Part shown: in pieces, positions 28,717 to 39,474 of the stretch
How positions within the stretch are numbered: position 1 is the stretch's first letter
How the letters are laid out: each line of letters starts with the position of its first letter
NCBI GenBank assembly: GCA_947632035.1
Contig: CANRNR010000002.1
Span: forward strand, 1-64,000
DNA: 64,000 nucleotides
From: an uncultured Clostridia bacterium
Lineage (GTDB): Bacteria > Bacillota > Clostridia > TANB77 > CAG-508
Reading direction: 5' to 3'
The notes under the pieces: generated by a model
The model's input: the letters and a program-made list of their open reading frames with translations, nothing else
Told to the model about the DNA's origin: nothing
The model's database searches: none
Program-made: the position numbers and the translations under genes

Positions 28717-30006
28717 ATGAACCAATTTTTAAAGTTATATAATAACAGTAAAAATCCACTAGATGATGATAAAACATTAGAAAAAATAGTAAATGCATAT
28801 ATTTTAAAGGGAAATGGAAGAGAGATGTTTTATAGGGAAATTGAAAAAATTGGAACTGAAGGGAAAACATCAACTCCACCACCAGTAACAGAAAAAAATC
28901 AATTTTGGTCTGTACTATTTAATAATTGGAAAAGAAATATACTAAATGATAATGGAAAAATAAATCCTAAAAAATATAAAGGACATTTTAGTGAATTAGT
29001 TATGAATTTAAAGCAAATTCCTGATATTTCAACATATGATGAATTGTGCAATATAGTAAAAAGATATCCACTTATAAGTAAATATGGCATAATGCCAAGT
29101 GTGGATAGAATATGGAATGTTATATTATCTAGAGATATAAATGGAACAAAAGAAAATGATATTGTTCCTAATTATAGATTATATATTAATTCAGAGGCTA
29201 AAGATACATATCAACTGGTAGCTGGATTTATTGGAAAATGTGCCAAAAGAAAAATGCCTTATTATTTAAAATTCATAGATGTTCCAGAAGATTACAAAGA
29301 CAGAGCAGACAGTATAGTAATATGGGCTGATGAAAAAACATTGTTTCAATATATTGAAATATTGAATGAAATAAAAAATGAAATTCCTAATGTTATTTCA
29401 AGATGTAAAGAACCACCAATATTAACAATGAAAATAAATAATTGGATAGGATTTGGAACAGAACCAAAAGGAAATGATGATTCTTATACATCAGCAAGAA
29501 TAAAATTACTAATGAATTCTATAAGTACTGTTATGCGTCAATGGATTATTGAAAATCAAGATAAAAAAATTATTTATGGAAAAACCAGGTTTTCAATTAA
29601 ACAATATATAGCAGCTAAAGCTATAAAAGATGAATTTGATATAATAAAAGAACAGATAAAAAAAAGACCACAAGTATCAACAAGGTATGGAGTTAAAATT
29701 AATGAATTAGATAAAGATTTATATGTTAAACTGTGTTCTGAAATAGTGAATGAAGTAATACCTGCTATTAAAGCTAATCATTACAGAATAAAATATAAAA
29801 AGAATGGCGGAAATATGTTTTTTAATTTTTCTAATTCGATAAATGAAATTTTTAGTATGATATCAAAATCTGATAATAGTAAGGCAAGTATATTTGAAAA
29901 GATTAGAGAGAATATAAGATTAAATTCAAAACAATATGGAATAGATGAAAAAAAGTTTATATTTAATGACGATTATCTAACAAGTATCAAAGAAGAAGAG
30001 AGATAA
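28717..30006 (+). CDS. hypothetical protein (429 aa), no recognisable domain
   Basis: Long ORF with RBS; no motif recognised. Sits beside the NRPS/HK locus. Confidence 0.5.
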   Translation: MNQFLKLYNNSKNPLDDDKTLEKIVNAYILKGNGREMFYREIEKIGTEGKTSTPPPVTEKNQFWSVLFNNWKRNILNDNGKINPKKYKGHFSELVMNLKQIPDISTYDELCNIVKRYPLISKYGIMPSVDRIWNVILSRDINGTKENDIVPNYRLYINSEAKDTYQLVAGFIGKCAKRKMPYYLKFIDVPEDYKDRADSIVIWADEKTLFQYIEILNEIKNEIPNVISRCKEPPILTMKINNWIGFGTEPKGNDDSYTSARIKLLMNSISTVMRQWIIENQDKKIIYGKTRFSIKQYIAAKAIKDEFDIIKEQIKKRPQVSTRYGVKINELDKDLYVKLCSEIVNEVIPAIKANHYRIKYKKNGGNMFFNFSNSINEIFSMISKSDNSKASIFEKIRENIRLNSKQYGIDEKKFIFNDDYLTSIKEEER

Positions 30007-30007
30007 A

Positions 30008-30056
30008 AAAACAGACTATAATGCATATACATTATAGTCTGTTTTCTGCTGTTTTT
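30008..30056. terminator. bidirectional rho-independent terminator
   Basis: AACAGACTATAATGCATATACATTATAGTCTGTT hairpin with flanking T run. Confidence 0.7.
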
Positions 30057-30067
30057 CTAAAAATTTA

Positions 30068-31897
30068 TTAAACTGGTAAAGAAATATTAAATGTAGTTCC
30101 TTTTCCTTTTTCAGTTTCATATGTAATATTTCCATTAAAGTGAGCACGAATAGTAGAATATGACATAAATAAACCAAGTCCTGTGCCATTTTTTCCTTTT
30201 GTAGTAACCATTTCTTTAAATAGCTTTTCTTGTACACTTTCAGGAAGACCACCTGCGTTATCTTTAATAGAAATAGTAATTTTCCTGTTTGTACCAGATA
30301 AAATTAAATCAATTTCTTCATTAGTTTTTCCGTTATATGCTTGAATAGCATTTGAAATCATATTGTTAATTACTTGTACTAAGCTATTTATGTTTCCTTT
30401 TAATATAATGTTAGGGTCTGCTTCCATTTTTACATTTAAAGTAATTAGGGCATTTTTTAATTCATGTTTCATTAAAATATCAACACGTTTTACTAGTTCA
30501 TCTAAATTAAATGAAACTGCTTGTTCTTCAGATAAAGTAACTGCTTGTCCTTTTACAGCAGTAATTACATCTGACATATATTCAGTATAATTTCTAATTT
30601 TTTCTACCCATTCTGTCATATCGCTTGCAATTGCGTGATGGTCATCTACTGTAACTTCTGGGTCTCCTACAGAAGAATTATACTCTTTTATTAAATCTGT
30701 TAAGCCTTCAGCAGCTCCTGCGATTGACATAATAGGAGTTTTTAAGTTGTGTGCAATACCACCAATTAACTGTCCAAGTGAGGCTAGGCGTTCTCTTTCC
30801 ATAAGCATATTTTGGTTTTCTCTAATTGTTTGCATATCCATCATGTGCTGAGTAGTGTCTTTAAATAGGATTAGAATTCCTAAAAATGTTTTATCGTTTT
30901 TTATATTATTAATTTCAATATTAAAATATTTTTGCTTATCTTTAACACTTTTTTCAAAATAGTAAGTTTTGTCAGTATCTTTAATAGAATTTATACACTT
31001 TTTTACATCTGATAAATTCATATTAAAATAGTTTTCATCATTAATTAATTCATCTATATTTTTATTACGAATATTATTGGATTTAAAATTAAACATATCT
31101 AAAAATGTCTTATTAAAATCAATAATAACATTTTCATCATTAATTACTAAATATCCATCTGACATTCTATCTACAATTCTTTGAAGCGCAATAGGAGTTA
31201 TTTTCATAAAATCAAATTTAAAAATAGCGAAAGCAATTATCAAAACCATAAAGGTAAATGAAATAGGTGTAGAATATGTTGTCATATTAACTACTTGAAG
31301 AGTAGCCAATAAATTAATGCTAAGTGGTATTAATGTACTAATAATTATTAGTATAGATTGTTTAGAAAAGAATCCTGAATTTTTAATTGAATATTTTAAT
31401 AAATAAATAAAACCAATAATAAATAATGTATATGTATAAAGGCTATGGACCATAAAATAATCACCATAAACCATTTGGTCTACATGAGGAGAATATACTT
31501 TAAAAATTAAATGATGATATTCATTGGTAAATGAAATAATAGCAGTTATTATTGGTATAATTAATAAAAGAAAATGATACCATTTAATTTTTAATTTAGT
31601 CTTTGCAAATATGATACCTACTGCTAAAAATGCAATTGGTGAAAACCATACTCCAATTCCTGCAAATTTTTCAAAAAGAAATGGATCAATGTCTGTATTT
31701 TGAAATAATATTTGCAAAATTGAACCAAAAGTCCAAATAAACATAAAAATAAGTAGAGTTAAAAAAGCAGTTTTTAGCTGGCTTTTTTCCTTTCTTTTAT
31801 AAAGCATATAAATCATTAAAATAATCAAAACGTCAGATACAATCATAGCACATAAAGAACCTAAATTTTCCATAACATCCTCCTTATAATAGTTCAA
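30068..31897 (-). CDS. sensor histidine kinase with N-terminal polytopic membrane sensor domain
   Basis: ~6-7 N-terminal TM helices, PAS-like linker, H-box IAHNLKTP, N/G boxes (NAIQAY, DNAGGLPE, GTGLGLFMS). Start overlaps NRPS stop by 14 nt. Confidence 0.8.
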   Translation of the reverse strand: MNYYKEDVMENLGSLCAMIVSDVLIILMIYMLYKRKEKSQLKTAFLTLLIFMFIWTFGSILQILFQNTDIDPFLFEKFAGIGVWFSPIAFLAVGIIFAKTKLKIKWYHFLLLIIPIITAIISFTNEYHHLIFKVYSPHVDQMVYGDYFMVHSLYTYTLFIIGFIYLLKYSIKNSGFFSKQSILIIISTLIPLSINLLATLQVVNMTTYSTPISFTFMVLIIAFAIFKFDFMKITPIALQRIVDRMSDGYLVINDENVIIDFNKTFLDMFNFKSNNIRNKNIDELINDENYFNMNLSDVKKCINSIKDTDKTYYFEKSVKDKQKYFNIEINNIKNDKTFLGILILFKDTTQHMMDMQTIRENQNMLMERERLASLGQLIGGIAHNLKTPIMSIAGAAEGLTDLIKEYNSSVGDPEVTVDDHHAIASDMTEWVEKIRNYTEYMSDVITAVKGQAVTLSEEQAVSFNLDELVKRVDILMKHELKNALITLNVKMEADPNIILKGNINSLVQVINNMISNAIQAYNGKTNEEIDLILSGTNRKITISIKDNAGGLPESVQEKLFKEMVTTKGKNGTGLGLFMSYSTIRAHFNGNITYETEKGKGTTFNISLPV

Positions 31898-34800
31898 TTT
31901 CTTTAAAATATTTTATATATTTATTAATATATTCTTTATCAATCTTAGGCCAATTAAAATTAAGCGATGATAAATAAGTCTTTGTTAGATTAGATGTGAT
32001 TTGAGTTTGATTAGTATAACTATTAGAAATGTCAGTATTTAAATCGTTTATAATTCCGTATAAAATATCATTTTGAGATTTATCTTTTAATACTTTTTCA
32101 ATTTCTTTATCAAAATCCTTGTTTGATACTATGTTAATTTGATATTTTGCATCATCAAGATAATTCAATAATTCTTCCATAGTAATAGTGTTATCATTGA
32201 ATAAATGAAAAATACTGAAATCTTTTAATTCATTTTCAATAATTAATATAATAGCTTTTGCACAAACGTCAACAGGAGTAAATTCTAACTTAATTTTAAG
32301 AATATCGTTAGGAATCATTTTTAATTTTACAAATGATTTAATTCTATTTACAAAAGAGTTCTCTTCTGAATTGATTTGGAATTTTCCATCTTCATATCTA
32401 TTAGTAATATTTCCTAAACGCAAAATTTGTGCATTTAAACCATTATTAATTTCTTGCAATATATATTCTTCCGCTTCAAATTTACTTTCAACATAGACGT
32501 TTTGTAATTTTTGACCAATATCTAAATCTGATTCTGAAAATGTAGATAAAGTATTACTATTTCCGCAAACACTTGTTGAAGAAATATGAATGAATCTTTT
32601 ATCATATTGTTTACTAATCTTAACTATACTTTTAGTCAAATCAACATTTATAATTTTAAAATTCTTTTCGTTTCCATAATGCTTTACAATTGCAGCAGCG
32701 TTAACAATAATAGAAACATTTTTTATTAAATTTATAAATTCATCGTGAGATAATCCAAAATCTTCTTCTAACACATTTCCGGTAATTACAAAAATTCTTT
32801 TTCCAATATATGAATCTAATGTGTTATCAAAATAAAAATGCAATACATTAATGAAACGTTCATAAGCATTATCTTTGCCTTTATTTCTAATAATACAATA
32901 GATTTTTCCAGTATCATTTTTAATAAATTCATTTATAATATGACTTCCAACGAATCCATTTCCACCTAATAATAATATATTGTTTTTCTTATTGCAAGTT
33001 ACATTATTCTTCAATGTTTCTTTATTATTTTTCTGTAAAATTACTTTTATTGCTTCCTCATCTGAAATTTTAACTTCATTATTTGTAACTTCATGAACTT
33101 TAGATAATTCCCTTATTGTAGTATATTTGAAAATATCCGAATATGGAATATTAATTTTATGTGCTAAAAGTTCAGTTTTAAACTTTATAGCAAGTAAAGA
33201 GTCTGCACCTGATTCAAATAAATCATCATCAATTCCAATCTGTGTATTTAATAAATTAGACCATATATCACAGAATAATTTTTGAGTTTCATTTTGAGGT
33301 GCTACTTTTTCTACATTATCTTGCTTTAATGATATTTCCATATTTTCCAAAGCTTTTTTATCAATCTTTCCATTTGAAGAAAGTGGTAAAGCTTCTAAAC
33401 TTAATATATATTTAGGTATCATATATGCAGGAAGTTTCTGTGCTAAGTAAGTTCTAATATCATTTGGATCTATTTTTGTATTTGAAGTATAATAGCAAAC
33501 TATATATTTTGAATCTTTACTCTCATGGCAAACGACAGCTACATTATTAATGTTAGGAAATAAAGAGATTTGCTTTTCTATTTCAGAAAGTTCTATTCTT
33601 AATCCTCTGATTTTTACTTGATAATCTTTTCTTCCAATATATACAATTTCACCATTTTCGGTAAATGCACCAATATCCCCAGTTTTATATAATTTTCCAG
33701 GACCGAATGGATTATCGATAAATGCGTTTTTAGTTAGATCTTCATTATTTATGTATCCTAAACTAACACCATCTCCACTAATACATATTTCACCATTAAA
33801 TCCTATAGGTCTTAAATTAGAATCTTTATCACAAATGTATATTTGTGTATTATAAAAAGGTTTTCCTATAGTTATTTTATTACTATCTGTAACTACTTTA
33901 TATGTAGAGCAAGAAGTACATTCAGAAGGACCATATTCATTACAAATAGTTGCATTAGTTAATTTTGCTAAATTTTCATATACAGAAGGTGTTAAGCTTT
34001 CTCCACCTAACTGAATACTTTTTAACACGTTTAGACAGTTAGGAGCTGAGTCGATTAATAATTTAAGCTTAGATGGTGTGATTAACATATAATCTATTTT
34101 ATACTTTGTAATTAATTCACCAATATAAATAGGTATTTTACATTGTTCTTCATTAGCCAAAATAACTTTTTTACCACAAGTAAAAGGAATCCATATTTCT
34201 ACAGCGAACATATCAAATGAAATTGAACAAATACTTAAAAAAGTACTATAATTATCAATTTTCATATGGTTTTTGTATGATAAAATTAAATTTGCCATAC
34301 CTAATTTTTTTACTATAACACCCTTAGGAAGTCCAGTTGAGCCTGAGGTATATACAATAGATAAAATATCTTCATTAGATATATAAATATTTAAGTTATT
34401 TTTACTATAATTATTTAAGTTTAATTCATTTAAAAATAACTTATTAGTAAAATCAATTTTCTTTATAGTAGAATCAGTAATTAGTAAAGTTGCATTACTA
34501 TTATCTAACATATATAAAATCCTATCAAAAGGAAGACTGCTGTCAATTAAAAGATATGCAGCACCAGACTTTATAATAGCAAGCATACTAATTATAGTTT
34601 CAATTGAACGATTAAGCATGATACCTACAATTTGGTTTCGTTTAATATTACAAGTATCAACTAAGTAGTGAGCCAATTGATTTGCTTTTTCATTTAGTTC
34701 TTTATAAGTAAGCGAAATATCCTCAAATACAATAGCTATATCATTAGGATGAAGTTCTACTTGTTTTTCAAATAAATTTACTAAAGAAATATTTTTATTA

Positions 34801-37800
34801 TATGGCATATATGTATTATTAAATTCATTTTGTATTTTTGTAATTTCATCTTCACCCAATATTGATATAGAACCAATTGTAGTAGAGGGTGAGCATTTAG
34901 TTAATATTTTTAATATATTTATATAATGATTTAAAAGTCTTTTTATATAATCATCTGTAAAAATCTTAATGCAGTATTCAAAATTAATAGAGAAATCATC
35001 AGCATTAGGTATAATTTCTAATGCTAAATCAAATTTAGCATTAGATGTTTTAGGAATATAATATGAAGCATGTATATTTCCTAAATCAATATCTTTAAAG
35101 CCATTATTTTGATAAATAAACATAGTATCAAATATAGGGCTTCTAGAAACATCTCTTTTTATTTTTAAATCTTTTACTAATTCATCAAAAGGATAATTTT
35201 GGTGTTCAAAAGCATTTAAGCATAGTGATTTAACTTGTTTAAAATAATCATAGATACTAGAGTTAGTATTTAAGTTTAAACGAAGTGCTAAATTATTTAC
35301 AAACATTCCTAATAAACTATTAAGTTCAGGTTTTTCCCTGTTCATAATAGGAGTACCTATTGTAATATCTTCTTCGCCTGTATATTTATATAATAAAATA
35401 AAATATGCAGATAACATTAACATATAAGGAGTTATATTTAGTTGTTTTGAAAGTTCTAAAATAGATTTGGTTAAAGTTTTATCTAAATTATAAGAAATAG
35501 TATTACCTTCTATAGATTTTTTTGTAGGTCTAGGTAAAGTCATTGGCATATCTAAAGGTGTAACTTCCTTAGAAAATTTATCTAACCAATAATTTTTATC
35601 TTCTTTATAAGTGCTACTTTCAAAATATTTATTTTCCCATACAGAATAATCTTTATAATCGATTTGTTTATCTTCTAAAATACCATCATTATAAAGAGTA
35701 GTTAATTCTTTTAATAAAATTGATAGAGATGTTCCATCACTAATACTATGGTGCATATCAATTAAAAGTAGAGCTTTTTTATTTTCAAACAAGATTACTT
35801 TCGTACGGAACAAAAGAGATTTATGTAAATCAAAAGGCTTTACATAATTTTCAATAATATTTTCTCTATCTTTCCAAATTCCATTTTCTACATCTAATGT
35901 AAAATCAAATTCATTAGTTACTTTTTGAACTAAATTATCATTAACAATTGCAAAATAAGTGCGCAATGAAGAATGCCTATTTATTAATTGCTTTAAACAA
36001 TTTTCCAATTTTTTAACATCTGGATAACTATCTAATAAAAGACCACCTGCAATATTATATAATGTAGAGTTTTCATCCATTTGAGAAGCATAATAAATTC
36101 TCTTTTGTGCAGAAGAAGCAGGGTAAAAATCCTTGGCTTCTATATGCTCTATTGTATCTAATTTTGGCGCATTTACTTGACTTGCAATAAAATCAGATAA
36201 ATCTTTTATTATAGGATAGTTAAGAATATCTTTTACATTTATTTTTATATTTATCTTTCCATATAACATTGTACACAAATGTATAGCAGATAATGAATCT
36301 CCACCTAAGTCAAAAAATGAATCTTCTATACTAATTTCATTCTGGTGTAATAAAGTTTGCAAGCAATTTATGATAATTTTATCTAAATCATTTCTAGGTT
36401 TTACTACTTCATAACTAGCATTTTGAGTAGGTTCTGGCAAAGCTTTATGGTCAATTTTGCCATTAATATTTAAAGGAAACTCTTTTAATACTGTAATATA
36501 AGTAGGCACCATATAAGCAGGAAGAGAAGATTTTAAAAACAATTTTAATTGTTTAATATCTATGTTATCTTCTGCAGTTATATATGAACAAATAATACTT
36601 TGATTATCTTGTTTTTTTACTAAGGTATATGTTTGTTTTACACCAGAATATTCTTTTAATTTACTATCAATTTCAGAAAGTTCTACACGAAAACCACGAA
36701 TTTTTACTTGATTATCAATCCTTCCCAAAAATTCTATTCTACCATCTGGCAAGATGCGTGCTAAATCACCAGTTCTATATATTCTGCCATCAGCAAATGG
36801 ATTAGATAAAAAGTTTTCTTTTGTTAAATCATCACGATTTAAATAGCCTAAGCCAACGCCATCTCCACCAACCCATAATTCTCCAGGAGCACCTATTGGT
36901 TGCAATTTTTGAGACTTAGAAACAATATAGCAAGTTGAATTAGCAATAGGATAACCTATAGGAATAGTAGGTCTATCTAATTTACGATCAATAGTATAAC
37001 AAGTAGAAAATGTAGTATTTTCAGTTGGTCCATAACCATTTATTACAGTTAAATTAGGATTTTCTTTTTGTATTTTTTGAATATGACTTACAGAAAGAAC
37101 ATCTCCACCAGTTAATAAATAACGAACACTATTAAAAATGTCAGGAGCTTGTTCACAGATATAGTTACTTAAAGAAGCAGTAAGCCATATTATTGTAATT
37201 TTATTTTCTTTTAAATAGTTTTCAAGATAAGCTATATCTAGCAATTTTTCTTTTGGAATTAGATATAAGGTATAACCATTTAAAAGAGCACCCCATATTT
37301 CAAAAGTACAGGCATCAAAAACTATCGAGCCAGTTTGTAAAATTCGCTCATTCTCTTGGAATTTTATATAATTAGTATTTTTTACTAATCTTACAATGTT
37401 TTGATGACATACCATAACTCCCTTTGGATTTCCGGTAGAACCAGATGTATACATAATGTAAGCTAAATCTAATGGAGAGCTAGAAATTTGTTTATTTAAA
37501 ATTGGAGAATTTTTACCATATATACTTTCTAATCCTAGACTAATATCTATTACAGGAATAGTAGTTTCAATTTTAGCTAAATACGATTTTGTAGCTAAAA
37601 TTAATTTTGAGTTAGAATTTTCTAGAATATAATCAATTCTTTCTTTAGGATATTGTACATCTAAAGGTAAAAATGCGGCACCTACTTTGAATATTGCTAA
37701 AATTCCAATAATTGATTCTAATGATTTTTCCATAAATAAGCTAACGACATCACTATTATGTATACCTTTTTGAGACAAAACATATGCTAATTTATTAGCT

Positions 37801-39281
37801 TTTTCATTTAACTCCTTGTATGTTAATGAGGCCCCTTCAAAAACAAGAGCAACATTATCAGGAGTAAGATTTACTTGCTCTTCAAAAAGTTCGATAACAG
37901 TTTTATTTTTAGGGTAATCAGTTTTTGTATTATTAAATTCATAAATTAGTTTATGCCTTTCTTCATCAGTAATAATTTCAATATCTGAAAGCTTAATATC
38001 TTTATTTTCTAATACTTGTGAAATAATAGTTAAAATTCGGTTATGAATGTTTTTCATGTCTTCTGCAGTATATTTATCTATTTTATAATCATAAGCAATA
38101 TTAAGCTCATTTGTATCATTTAAATCAAAAATATGAATATCAATATCATCTGCGATAGTTTTATTAAAATACCATACACTATCGTGAGGAATAGTCTCTT
38201 GTTCCTCATTCATCTTGGTAATTTGATATGAAATCATAATATTATATAATGCTGGTAAATCATTTTGCCTTTTTCTTAAATCCTCTATAATACTTTGATA
38301 TGAATATTTTTGATGTCTTAATAAAGACATAGAATTAGTAGCAATAGAACTTAAAAAACTGCTAAAGTTTAAAGTATTATCAATAGAAACTCTAAGGGGT
38401 AGTGTACTAACAAACATACCAGTAGTATTTTTTTCTTTAAAATTAGAACGATTTAAAATAGGGGTACCAATGCAGAAATCTTCTAAATTAGATACTCTAC
38501 TAACATAAAGTGAAAAAACAGCTGTTAAAAAATTAAAAATAGAAGCTCTGTTTTCCATGCAATATTCTTTTATTTGATTTAATAAATCTGAAGGAATAAA
38601 ACATTCTTCTCTTAAAGCATTTGTAGAATCATTAGAATTAGAAATGGCGCTTATACTTGGAATTGTAGCACTATCAGGAATAGTAGAAAATAATTCATTC
38701 CAATAAGCTTTATCTTTTTCATATTTGCTACTTGTTTTATATTCATTTTCAGCTTCAATGTAATTTATATATGAATATGTAGAAGAATCCTTAGAAGTAT
38801 AAGGTTCATTTTTAATATAAGAAGAATAAATCTCTATAATTTCATTTACAACAATTCCTAATGTCCATGAGTCAGCAATTAAATGGTGCATATTAACAAT
38901 AAATCCACCATGGTTATTAGGAAATCTAAAAACAACAAATTTAAATAAATATGAATTATATATACTAAAAGGTTTTGCAACTATTTCATTTGCAAGGCTA
39001 GAAAGTTCACTCTTAGAAGCTACATCAACTATTTCAATATCAAAGTCTTCATAGGAATTTATATATTGCATTACAGTTTCTTTTTCATTTGTAAGCATAG
39101 TTCTACAACTATCATTTTGCTTAATAAATTGCTTAATAGCCAAAATGAATTTTTCAAAATCAACAGGACCATTAATAGTCATAGTTCCAGCAATATTGTT
39201 TATATTAGTTCCTTTGTAATATTCTTCCGTATAATAAATTGACTTTTGCGGATTTGTTAAAGAATATAGCTTTTTATCCAT
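31884..39281 (-). CDS. nonribosomal peptide synthetase, two modules + terminal reductase (C-A-T-C-A-T-R)
   Basis: C domain with HHxxxDG (MHHLIADSWT); A1 core YTSGSTGNPKG; T1 GGDSLSAI; second C (HHSISDGTS); A2 YTSGSTGLPKG; T2 GADSLLAI; C-terminal thioester reductase GGNGFVGSHI with YxxxK (YVESKFEAEE). Start at MDKKLYSL with GAAGGGG RBS. Confidence 0.9.
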   Translation of the reverse strand: MDKKLYSLTNPQKSIYYTEEYYKGTNINNIAGTMTINGPVDFEKFILAIKQFIKQNDSCRTMLTNEKETVMQYINSYEDFDIEIVDVASKSELSSLANEIVAKPFSIYNSYLFKFVVFRFPNNHGGFIVNMHHLIADSWTLGIVVNEIIEIYSSYIKNEPYTSKDSSTYSYINYIEAENEYKTSSKYEKDKAYWNELFSTIPDSATIPSISAISNSNDSTNALREECFIPSDLLNQIKEYCMENRASIFNFLTAVFSLYVSRVSNLEDFCIGTPILNRSNFKEKNTTGMFVSTLPLRVSIDNTLNFSSFLSSIATNSMSLLRHQKYSYQSIIEDLRKRQNDLPALYNIMISYQITKMNEEQETIPHDSVWYFNKTIADDIDIHIFDLNDTNELNIAYDYKIDKYTAEDMKNIHNRILTIISQVLENKDIKLSDIEIITDEERHKLIYEFNNTKTDYPKNKTVIELFEEQVNLTPDNVALVFEGASLTYKELNEKANKLAYVLSQKGIHNSDVVSLFMEKSLESIIGILAIFKVGAAFLPLDVQYPKERIDYILENSNSKLILATKSYLAKIETTIPVIDISLGLESIYGKNSPILNKQISSSPLDLAYIMYTSGSTGNPKGVMVCHQNIVRLVKNTNYIKFQENERILQTGSIVFDACTFEIWGALLNGYTLYLIPKEKLLDIAYLENYLKENKITIIWLTASLSNYICEQAPDIFNSVRYLLTGGDVLSVSHIQKIQKENPNLTVINGYGPTENTTFSTCYTIDRKLDRPTIPIGYPIANSTCYIVSKSQKLQPIGAPGELWVGGDGVGLGYLNRDDLTKENFLSNPFADGRIYRTGDLARILPDGRIEFLGRIDNQVKIRGFRVELSEIDSKLKEYSGVKQTYTLVKKQDNQSIICSYITAEDNIDIKQLKLFLKSSLPAYMVPTYITVLKEFPLNINGKIDHKALPEPTQNASYEVVKPRNDLDKIIINCLQTLLHQNEISIEDSFFDLGGDSLSAIHLCTMLYGKINIKINVKDILNYPIIKDLSDFIASQVNAPKLDTIEHIEAKDFYPASSAQKRIYYASQMDENSTLYNIAGGLLLDSYPDVKKLENCLKQLINRHSSLRTYFAIVNDNLVQKVTNEFDFTLDVENGIWKDRENIIENYVKPFDLHKSLLFRTKVILFENKKALLLIDMHHSISDGTSLSILLKELTTLYNDGILEDKQIDYKDYSVWENKYFESSTYKEDKNYWLDKFSKEVTPLDMPMTLPRPTKKSIEGNTISYNLDKTLTKSILELSKQLNITPYMLMLSAYFILLYKYTGEEDITIGTPIMNREKPELNSLLGMFVNNLALRLNLNTNSSIYDYFKQVKSLCLNAFEHQNYPFDELVKDLKIKRDVSRSPIFDTMFIYQNNGFKDIDLGNIHASYYIPKTSNAKFDLALEIIPNADDFSINFEYCIKIFTDDYIKRLLNHYINILKILTKCSPSTTIGSISILGEDEITKIQNEFNNTYMPYNKNISLVNLFEKQVELHPNDIAIVFEDISLTYKELNEKANQLAHYLVDTCNIKRNQIVGIMLNRSIETIISMLAIIKSGAAYLLIDSSLPFDRILYMLDNSNATLLITDSTIKKIDFTNKLFLNELNLNNYSKNNLNIYISNEDILSIVYTSGSTGLPKGVIVKKLGMANLILSYKNHMKIDNYSTFLSICSISFDMFAVEIWIPFTCGKKVILANEEQCKIPIYIGELITKYKIDYMLITPSKLKLLIDSAPNCLNVLKSIQLGGESLTPSVYENLAKLTNATICNEYGPSECTSCSTYKVVTDSNKITIGKPFYNTQIYICDKDSNLRPIGFNGEICISGDGVSLGYINNEDLTKNAFIDNPFGPGKLYKTGDIGAFTENGEIVYIGRKDYQVKIRGLRIELSEIEKQISLFPNINNVAVVCHESKDSKYIVCYYTSNTKIDPNDIRTYLAQKLPAYMIPKYILSLEALPLSSNGKIDKKALENMEISLKQDNVEKVAPQNETQKLFCDIWSNLLNTQIGIDDDLFESGADSLLAIKFKTELLAHKINIPYSDIFKYTTIRELSKVHEVTNNEVKISDEEAIKVILQKNNKETLKNNVTCNKKNNILLLGGNGFVGSHIINEFIKNDTGKIYCIIRNKGKDNAYERFINVLHFYFDNTLDSYIGKRIFVITGNVLEEDFGLSHDEFINLIKNVSIIVNAAAIVKHYGNEKNFKIINVDLTKSIVKISKQYDKRFIHISSTSVCGNSNTLSTFSESDLDIGQKLQNVYVESKFEAEEYILQEINNGLNAQILRLGNITNRYEDGKFQINSEENSFVNRIKSFVKLKMIPNDILKIKLEFTPVDVCAKAIILIIENELKDFSIFHLFNDNTITMEELLNYLDDAKYQINIVSNKDFDKEIEKVLKDKSQNDILYGIINDLNTDISNSYTNQTQITSNLTKTYLSSLNFNWPKIDKEYINKYIKYFKEIELL

Positions 39282-39474
39282 TATAGTAAAACCCCTTCGC
39301 ATACTAAATATTTACTAATGAAAGTATATACTAACTGCATATAAAAATCAATCAAAATATTGCAAAAAACTTCCTTTTATTGTAAAATTAGATTGAAAAA
39401 ATTTAAAAGAAATAAAATTTTAATTTTTACTTAATTTTGTGTATTTATAGCACATTAGAAGGGATGGAAAAAAT

